Under the pieces are notes generated by a model, which searched no databases, had not been told where the DNA came from, and saw only the letters and a list, made by a program, of their open reading frames with translations. A program made the translations under genes and the position numbers. Of a DNA stretch of 32,000 nt, positions 26,227-32,000 are shown piece after piece. The stretch lies in sequence record KF301602.1; one strand, written 5' to 3'. This stretch comes from Caulobacter phage Cr30. The stretch's first letter is position 1; each line of letters begins with the position of its first letter.

Positions 26227-27312
26227 GCTTGTTCGACTACTCTTACTGCTTCTTCGTATAATGATTTCATAAGATTAACGACTGGTTCTTTTTGAATATC
26301 AATATCCAATCCGTCAACATACTTGTCCAGAATAGTCAAAGTATCCTCGACAGTTCCTTGAGTTTCTTCAAATTCTGAATAAAGGTTTAAAGACTCATCT
26401 ACAATTTGTAAATTGACTACATCACTCTTTTCAAGTTTATCGAATACTCGATCAAACCAGAAAGGTTTTGTTTTATTCACCACCACAAGTTTTACGTATC
26501 CACCAGCAATACTTGAAGTATCAATAGAATTTAGGAGGTCATCAAGAGTATTATATTTCAAATCATCATAATATACTTTATGAAACATCTTGAATGGATT
26601 GTGAATGAATTCAAGTTTTCGAGTATCTGTATCTAGAATATGAAATCCTTTTTGGTCTCCATAATCTGCCCAAGTAATTTCATATTGAGTGCCGAGGTAA
26701 TGAATGTTATCTCTAGAACTCTTATGATGATAATGTCCAGATAGAACCATATCAAATTTTTGGAACAGTTTTTCGTCCATTCCATGTTCCATGAAATTAC
26801 CGCGATACATCTCATACCCAGACAATTCAAGATGCGATACAAGAATTGATGCTCGAGATTTATCCACTACTTTCATAAAATCTGCATAATGACTTGATGC
26901 AATCCAAGGCAGCAGAAGAATTTTTGTTCCATCAATTTCAATTTCTTTTGGTTCTGTATCAACAATCATCATACCCTTTGTTTGACGACCAGAAGAATAA
27001 AGAGCCTGAATTGAATTAATTTCATTGGAACGGAAAAATGTGGAATCATGATTCCCAATTATAGCATAGGTAGAAACTCCAAGATTTTCGAGTTCTTTGA
27101 AAAATCTTTCATGGGCTTCTTGAGCAATACGTAATTCGACATACTTTCTGATGTCAAAAATATCGCCAGCCAAAATCACATGTTTGATATTATGTTCTTT
27201 TAGATATGGAAAGAAAATTTGTTCATGAAATTTATAGAAGTATTCATGAAATACTCTAGAACCAGATCTTGTTCCGAAAATGAATATCGTTCAGGATAGC
27301 AACTTTAGCCAT
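26223..27312 (-). CDS. 47: SbcD/Mre11-like recombination nuclease (T4 gp47-like), frameshifted near 27277-27280
   Basis: Track ORF 26223..27179 starts at a GTG inside KHVILAGDIFDIRKYV; upstream MAKVAILNDIHF joins after removing one base of the AAAA/TTTT run to GTRSGSRVFHEYFYKFHEQIFFPYLKEHNIKHVILAGDIFDIRK; GNHDST, LSGHYHHKS. Confidence 0.88.
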
Positions 27313-27329
27313 CTAACGAGTCTCCTTTC

Positions 27330-27590
27330 TTACTTGTTCTTAAACCTTGCAACAGCAACAAAATATTTTCCAATAATGAATACAAATATGTTGACTTTTA
27401 AATTTTCAACAATTCGTTTCTCTGAAATCAAATCGAAATATTTACGAGGCTTTTCTTGATATTCCCACCAAGAACCATCACCTTTTAATTCAGATTCATA
27501 CAAACTAATAGCAATATCATTAGTCAAAGCAAAATTAAGAAGCTTCTTTGACATTTTCAATCTCCTCATCTTCTTCAACCAAAACTTCAA
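27330..27590 (-). CDS. hypothetical protein (about 74-86 aa)
   Basis: ORF track; internal MSKKLLNFALTNDIAISLYE start plausible. Confidence 0.5.
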   Translation of the reverse strand: MKFWLKKMRRLKMSKKLLNFALTNDIAISLYESELKGDGSWWEYQEKPRKYFDLISEKRIVENLKVNIFVFIIGKYFVAVARFKNK

Positions 27591-28125
27591 GTCCGATTTT
27601 TTTCTTTTCAGGTTTTGGTTTTTCGAAAAGATCTCGGAGTTTGTTATGATGTTCTGTCGTCAAATCAACCATTGATTCAACATTCGAAAGTTCTTGACCC
27701 GAAGTTAATGTTCCTGAAAGAATCATATTCTCTGTCAATTTCGATCGAACATATTCTTCTTTCTTTTCACGAGTAATTCGATGAATGAAAGCATGATAGA
27801 TGATTTTTGTGAAATAAGAGAAAGGATTAGGTTTACCGGATCTTGTCACAGCGTTAGGATTGAAATGATGAGCATTTGAAAGACATGTTTCAATTGCATC
27901 TGAAACCATTTCTTGTCGATAAGAGTATCCGATGAAATTTGGTCGGTGTGAAAAATTCTCTGCAATTAATACGATTGCTTGACCAACATAAGGTGTTACT
28001 GGAACTCTTGGTGATTCTCCACGAGCTTTTGCTTCTTCAACTCGTTTTCGATGTTCACACATCGCTTCAAACAATTTATGATTGTCTACGTAATCATGCT
28101 TACGTCTTAGAGCCATCTCGCCCAT
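27535..28125 (-). CDS. 55: late-transcription sigma factor (T4 gp55-like)
   Basis: NFSHRPNFIGYSYRQEMVSDAIETCLSNAHHFNPNAVTRSGKPNPFSYFTKIIYHAFIHRITREKKEEYVRSKL. Confidence 0.92.
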   Translation of the reverse strand: MGEMALRRKHDYVDNHKLFEAMCEHRKRVEEAKARGESPRVPVTPYVGQAIVLIAENFSHRPNFIGYSYRQEMVSDAIETCLSNAHHFNPNAVTRSGKPNPFSYFTKIIYHAFIHRITREKKEEYVRSKLTENMILSGTLTSGQELSNVESMVDLTTEHHNKLRDLFEKPKPEKKKIGLEVLVEEDEEIENVKEAS

Positions 28126-28158
28126 GACCTTTCTTTTCGGAAATATTTGAAGATTTGA

Positions 28159-28186
28159 ATTATACTTCGTTTTCAGTAGAAGTAAA
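28159..28186 (-). promoter_or_regulatory. candidate promoter upstream of gp55
   Basis: Minus strand TTTACT (28181-28186), 16-nt spacer, TATAAT (28159-28164). Confidence 0.6.
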
Positions 28187-28259
28187 GCAAAACATCATTA
28201 AAACTGTTTTAATCTCAAACGTTATTAGAGTTTTATCACTTCTTACTTAGAATGGTTTT

Positions 28260-29108
28260 ATGGATCAATATTCTGTGAAAGGGATCAATAGAATGCTAAC
28301 TTTTCATGAAGCTGCAATTTCTTATGTTGAACATGGAGGAGAAGAACGATACCTTCGAAAACTCATCGAACATTTTGGAAATCAAGATGTTTCAAAGATC
28401 ACTCCAATGGCTGTCAGGAATTCAGTGAAAATCATCTTTCCGAATTCTTCTCCGGCAACTCACAATCGTCAAGTCATCACTCCAATGAGAGCAGTCTTGT
28501 ATCATGCCCATGAAATGGGTTGGAGAATGCCTGCAAAAATCAAATCATTCTACGCTCCGAAAACCAAATTGACAATTCCTGCAAATCGAAAATGGTTAGA
28601 AACTTTCATTGATCAATGCGACAAAGATGAATTACCTCATTTGGCAGCTTGCGTTCTTTTCATGAATCTTACCGGAGCAAGAGTTTCAGAGGCTGTTAAT
28701 TTTCTTGGAAAGCATATCAACTTAAGAGAACGTAAAGCAATTCTTATTAAAACAAAAACCGATTTCAATAGTATTCGGTATCTCCCTGATCACTTGGTCG
28801 AACGATTAAGAGATTTGAACATTGGCCCCGAGGATCGTGCTTTCAAATACAAATGTCGTTTCAGCGTCAATGAAAGAATTGGAGCAGTTTGTAATCGGGC
28901 CGGAATTCAATACAAATCATCTCATACTGTTGGAAGACATTCTTTCGCGACAAATGCTTTGAATGCTGGAGTCAGTGTTCGAGTCGCAATGGATGCCGGT
29001 GGTTGGAAATCTTCTTCAATCTTTCTTGAAACATATTCGCATAGTATGGATGCTGGTAAAAGAGTCGCAGATATTTTCAATCTTATTCATCAAAAAGATC
29101 AAGAATGA
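28260..29108 (+). CDS. tyrosine recombinase / phage integrase family
   Basis: TGARVSEAVNFL (Arg I), SIRYLPDH (Lys strand), SSHTVGRHSFATNALNAG (HxxR), GGWKSSSIFLETYSH (W/Tyr). Confidence 0.88.
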   Translation: MDQYSVKGINRMLTFHEAAISYVEHGGEERYLRKLIEHFGNQDVSKITPMAVRNSVKIIFPNSSPATHNRQVITPMRAVLYHAHEMGWRMPAKIKSFYAPKTKLTIPANRKWLETFIDQCDKDELPHLAACVLFMNLTGARVSEAVNFLGKHINLRERKAILIKTKTDFNSIRYLPDHLVERLRDLNIGPEDRAFKYKCRFSVNERIGAVCNRAGIQYKSSHTVGRHSFATNALNAGVSVRVAMDAGGWKSSSIFLETYSHSMDAGKRVADIFNLIHQKDQE

Positions 29109-29157
29109 GGAGAGAGTTTTTTGTTTACCCTCCCCTCACTTGATGTGGGGTGGAGGA

Positions 29158-30678
29158 TCACCAGGTCGAGACGTTACCCATACGCGCCCCGCGATCCGGC
29201 CAGCAGTCGCGCAGGTAAATCGCCGAGCCAGAACCGGATGTCATGTAGGCGTAGGAGCCAGGTGACATTTGCGGCGTCCGCACACGGAAGAGGAAGAACT
29301 GTGCGTCGTCGTCAGCCCGAAACGCGGTCGGGGGCGTCGTCCCTGCAAACCGGCGGTCACCTCGGTCGTGCGCCATCGTGCCTGCGAAAATGCCCTTGGA
29401 CGAGTCGATCGAGCGCACGCAGCCGCCACCCGAATCTCGATAGTCGCCCGCATAGTCGGCGGTGATGACGTCCTCATGACCAGTGTGGGCGTTGGCCGAG
29501 AGGGGGTTGGAAAGGCCAGCAGCGTTCACCGTGACGCCGTTTTTTCGGCCGACGCAATTCACGAACAGCGCGCGAGTTTTGACGCCCAGTCCGAGCTGCC
29601 AGCGCTGATTATGGATGTTCTGGTGGTCCGTTTTGGACCTGCCGAAAAAGCAATCTTCAAACCACGCGAGGCCGTGAAGCGCATCAACAGTGACCGCTCG
29701 GCCCGTCCCCGTGGTCAAAAAGCCGTATCCATGGAACCGAACACCCCTCACCGCCACGCAACGCGGCGTCACGTTTGTATCACTGGTCGGGACCACATAA
29801 TCAAAAGGCCCGTTGCCGCCCCCGCCGCCCTCCAAGATCATCACGTCGCCAGAGGTGGCTGGCCCCATACCGATCGAGATGTTCTTGCCGGCGTGGAAGT
29901 TCCGAACACGCTGGATTACGCGCGTGTTTGCGATAGTGACCGCAGAATTGTCGGCGCGACGCACGAGGGTGGTGGTTCCGTCCGTCGTCCAGCACCCAGG
30001 CGGGATGTCACCGCTGGCAACCCACGGGACATACTGGAACGGCGTCAACATGCCGTCCTCATCCACGTTGAGGCGGTCGAGGGCGTTGTCTGCCGTTGTC
30101 ACCGCGCAAGCGTAAGTAAAGCTTGCGCCAGTGTGTAGCGACGGGGTTGAGAAATCAACGTGAGAGCCGACGATCAGCAGCCCGCCATAGAACTCAAACC
30201 ATATATCGACCGTGGGGTCGTAGGTCGTGCTCGATGAGCCGTTCGCGAAGTTCTTGCTCTTAGGTAGCTCGATGCTCGCGCCCTGTCCACCCTTGATGCG
30301 GATTTTTGCGGGCTGACCTGTCGCGTTGGCGGCCAGGATCGCCTTCCCGATGGTCTGCCAAGCCGTGCCCTCGGTCAGCCCGTTGCCCGTCGTGTCGTTT
30401 CCACTGGTCGGATCAACCACGAACGTGTTGACAGGAGCCGAGCGGGCTGTAGAGAATAGATCGAAAATCTGCTCGGCCGTGTAGTTGCAATGGGCATAAG
30501 CTCGACTGTCAGACCCCTTGTCTTCCAGTCTGCCCAAGAAATCATTCGGCAGAAAAAACTCAGAGCGTGGAATTGAACTCGGAAAAGGGATGTCGATCAG
30601 CGCTTGCCCTGGTGTAGCCAGGCCATTGACGGCATCGCGAAGTTCGCCGCCGTTGTAGGTTGTGCCGAGCAGGGTCAT
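29158..30678 (-). CDS. phage tail/appendage-like protein with probable right-handed beta-helix
   Basis: TFVVDPTSGNDTTGNGLTEGTAWQTIGKAILAAN; Gly/Thr/Asn-rich repeats; clean start/stop; GC-rich codon usage unlike the rest of the window. Confidence 0.65.
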   Translation of the reverse strand: MTLLGTTYNGGELRDAVNGLATPGQALIDIPFPSSIPRSEFFLPNDFLGRLEDKGSDSRAYAHCNYTAEQIFDLFSTARSAPVNTFVVDPTSGNDTTGNGLTEGTAWQTIGKAILAANATGQPAKIRIKGGQGASIELPKSKNFANGSSSTTYDPTVDIWFEFYGGLLIVGSHVDFSTPSLHTGASFTYACAVTTADNALDRLNVDEDGMLTPFQYVPWVASGDIPPGCWTTDGTTTLVRRADNSAVTIANTRVIQRVRNFHAGKNISIGMGPATSGDVMILEGGGGGNGPFDYVVPTSDTNVTPRCVAVRGVRFHGYGFLTTGTGRAVTVDALHGLAWFEDCFFGRSKTDHQNIHNQRWQLGLGVKTRALFVNCVGRKNGVTVNAAGLSNPLSANAHTGHEDVITADYAGDYRDSGGGCVRSIDSSKGIFAGTMAHDRGDRRFAGTTPPTAFRADDDAQFFLFRVRTPQMSPGSYAYMTSGSGSAIYLRDCWPDRGARMGNVSTW

Positions 30679-30755
30679 GCGGCCCTCGTGTCGATGAATT
30701 GCGTGGTGGAACCGATGACGCGGGTCAGGGCGATGACCGTGAAGTCGTAGATGAC
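30675..30755 (-). pseudogene. truncated 3' end of a GC-rich gene (…VIYDFTVIALTRVIGSTTQFIDTRAA*)
   Basis: Frame coding VIYDFTVIALTRVIGSTTQFIDTRAA ends with ATGA overlap to the 506-aa gene, but its 5' end is replaced by AT-rich sequence at the island boundary. Confidence 0.55.
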
Positions 30756-30782
30756 CCCCTCACCCTTAATAAGGGTGAGGGG
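30756..30782. terminator. perfect 13-bp palindromic hairpin at the island's right boundary
   Basis: CCCCTCACCCTTA-A-TAAGGGTGAGGGG. Confidence 0.5.
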
Positions 30783-30888
30783 ATAACCCAAAGATTTCAG
30801 CGAAGCTGGAGACCCAACAAGACCCAGAGATTTTGGTAAAGCAAGCATTAAAACTCCCAAAAGAAATTTGTAAAACATTCATCAAAAA

Positions 30889-30896
30889 TATTTATA
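30889..30896 (-). promoter_or_regulatory. T4-type late promoter box TATAAATA
   Basis: TATTTATA on + = TATAAATA on -, exact match to the gp55-dependent late -10 consensus, about 11 nt upstream of an ATG at 30876-30878. Confidence 0.45.
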
Positions 30897-31119
30897 ACGT
30901 ATTAATTCTTCACGTTTTATCAAAATATGACTTTATTCTTTAAAGAATTGAAGGTCTTATTTTATTAAATTTCATGAATTTCTTCAAAATGACGATTAGC
31001 TCATAAACCCTTACTCAAACATATTTATTTGTCCGAAAAATCACGTTTAGGGATTTACTTTCATATTAGATCGTTTTAAAGTTCATCATAAGGTTTGAAC
31101 GAAGCAAGGAGAAATTCAA

Positions 31120-31327
31120 ATGTCTGCCAAGCAAATCAATTTCATTCGCTTGACATCCCCCTACTGGTGAACAAACTTCTTGGATCCCTTTCGAATGGGA
31201 TGGCAATCTTTCGCTTTATTTCGTATATGGTCGAAAGAATTGGACGACGGAAGTTATCGACTGGTTCGATGATGCGGTCAATGTTCATCGTTATCTTGAA
31301 AAGAACCACCCTGAAGTAGAATTTTAA
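31120..31327 (+). CDS. small protein interrupted by a one-base frameshift (68 aa if corrected)
   Basis: ATG with AAGGAG SD; MSAKQINFIRLTSP then, after removing one base near the CCCCC run (31157-31161), TGEQTSWIPFEWDGNLSLYFVYGRKNWTTEVIDWFDDAVNVHRYLEKNHPEVEF*. Confidence 0.6.
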
Positions 31328-31373
31328 ATTGAAGAACGGTTTGTAGAACTTCCAGATTAAGGAGGAGTGGTAC

Positions 31374-31547
31374 ATGTTTACTCAAAAAGAATGGGAAGAA
31401 TATCAATTTCTAAAGATGGCAATTCAACATGTTATTGAGGAAGGTTCTGGAACTAAACGGTATTCTTCAGGCAATGATTATGTGATTGTTGGTAGAGAAC
31501 GTTTTATGGAATTGATTATTCTAGAAGAAAAAATTAAAAACATTTAA
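31374..31547 (+). CDS. 57-aa hypothetical protein, missing from the ORF track
   Basis: AAGGAGGAG upstream; MFTQKEWEEYQFLKMAIQHVIEEGSGTKRYSSGNDYVIVGRERFMELIILEEKIKNI. Confidence 0.6.
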   Translation: MFTQKEWEEYQFLKMAIQHVIEEGSGTKRYSSGNDYVIVGRERFMELIILEEKIKNI

Positions 31548-31615
31548 TATAATTTTTGTAACTTTCTGCTTTACAAAAAATCTGAAGTCTGTATAATAGA
31601 GCGTAGCGATTTCGC

Positions 31616-31643
31616 CTTTCAAAAGGCTTCAGACTTTTGAAAG
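31616..31643. terminator. 10-bp perfect inverted repeat between convergent genes
   Basis: CTTTCAAAAG (31616-31625)/CTTTTGAAAG (31634-31643). Confidence 0.5.
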
Positions 31644-31740
31644 CCTTTACTTACTTTCAAGTCTTTTCTTACAAAGTTGTAATGGCTTTCTTCAGTCACT
31701 TCGTTCCTTCAGAAAGTGTTGCTTTCCAAAGCATCAAACT

Positions 31741-31986
31741 TTAATGTTTGGTTATTGTTTCATTTGGAGTAGAAAGTAAAGCAATCAATTCGGTAACGCT
31801 TTTGGCTCGATTTTGAATGGTTTTCTTTACAACTTCTTTCTCAATTTCTGGATCATCCTCTAGAAGAAATTTAGCAATGTTATTTTCTTGTTCCATTTCT
31901 TCGTAGTTATATTCATCATTTGGATAGAGTTCTTCAATACGATCAAAGAACATTTCATCAAAATCGTAGTCTGTATCAGACATCAT
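31741..31986 (-). CDS. hypothetical acidic protein (81 aa)
   Basis: ORF track; MMSDTDYDFDEMFFDRIEELYPNDEYNYEEMEQ... Confidence 0.55.
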   Translation of the reverse strand: MMSDTDYDFDEMFFDRIEELYPNDEYNYEEMEQENNIAKFLLEDDPEIEKEVVKKTIQNRAKSVTELIALLSTPNETITKH

Positions 31987-32000
31987 CGAAATTGCTTGAC

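Larger units (their letters stand above)
29132..30763. other. GC-rich island bounded by 8-bp direct repeats CCCCTCAC; horizontally acquired segment or assembly chimera
   Basis: Abrupt composition change at both ends; CCCCTCAC at 29132-29139 and 30756-30763, each within a hairpin. Confidence 0.75.

Noticed and set aside
29269-30138. + strand 289-aa ORF (and 29121..29465) in the GC-rich island
   Set aside because: Antisense to the well-supported 506-aa beta-helix-like gene; Arg/Ala/Val-rich low-plausibility protein typical of spurious frames in GC-rich DNA.
29132-30763. Classical transposon insertion with target-site duplication
   Set aside because: Direct repeats exist, but there are no terminal inverted repeats and no transposase inside; the shared repeat fits microhomology or assembly error better.
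31095-31319. 74-aa + ORF from the track
   Set aside because: Different frame from the SD-preceded ATG at 31120 and from the coherent frameshift-corrected protein.
31753-31781. Further TTTACT element (31776-31781)
   Set aside because: Lies inside the 3' part of a CDS with a weak CAATAA -10 and no downstream minus gene in the gap, so not counted as a promoter.
1-32000. CRISPR arrays, tRNA genes, retron or diversity-generating retroelement
   Set aside because: No regularly spaced direct repeats, no convincing tRNA cloverleaf and no reverse transcriptase motifs were seen by eye; a tRNAscan/minced run would be needed to exclude them fully.

Overview
Almost the whole window (about 1-29,100) is an AT-rich genome segment of a T4-like (Straboviridae/'T4-superfamily') bacteriophage. 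Most genes lie on the minus strand in tightly overlapping arrays. Core T4 genes are recognisable and in T4-like order: gp55 late sigma, gp47 and gp46 recombination nuclease, gp45 clamp, gp44 and gp62 clamp loader, RegA. Also present are PhoH, an ATP-dependent DNA ligase (cut by the window edge), a PD-(D/E)XK-type nuclease, an RlaP-like nucleotidyltransferase, peptide deformylase and a GapR/DUF2312-family protein, which points to an alphaproteobacterial host. The most exciting region is about 8,125-18,250, downstream of RegA, where T4 would have DNA polymerase gp43. It looks like a DNA base hypermodification and nucleotide-pool module: a TET/JBP 2OG-Fe(II) dioxygenase, a cupin-like protein, a dATP/dGTP-diphosphohydrolase-like protein, an amino acid:DNA-transferase-like (AADT/alphaGPT) protein, a TET/JBP-associated-glycosyltransferase-like (TAGT) protein, a myo-inositol-1-phosphate synthase (Ino1-like), a HAD-like protein, a P-loop kinase and a MazG-like pyrophosphohydrolase. 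Other notable points are a tyrosine recombinase divergent from gp55, an abrupt GC-rich island (about 29,140-30,755) between 8-bp direct repeats inside hairpins (recent acquisition or assembly chimera), two homopolymer-associated frameshifts (one in gp47), an apparently circularly permuted SLOG-like protein, and a candidate phage-specific promoter family (TTTACTT-N~16-TAnnnT). All identifications are by eye. No database search was run.
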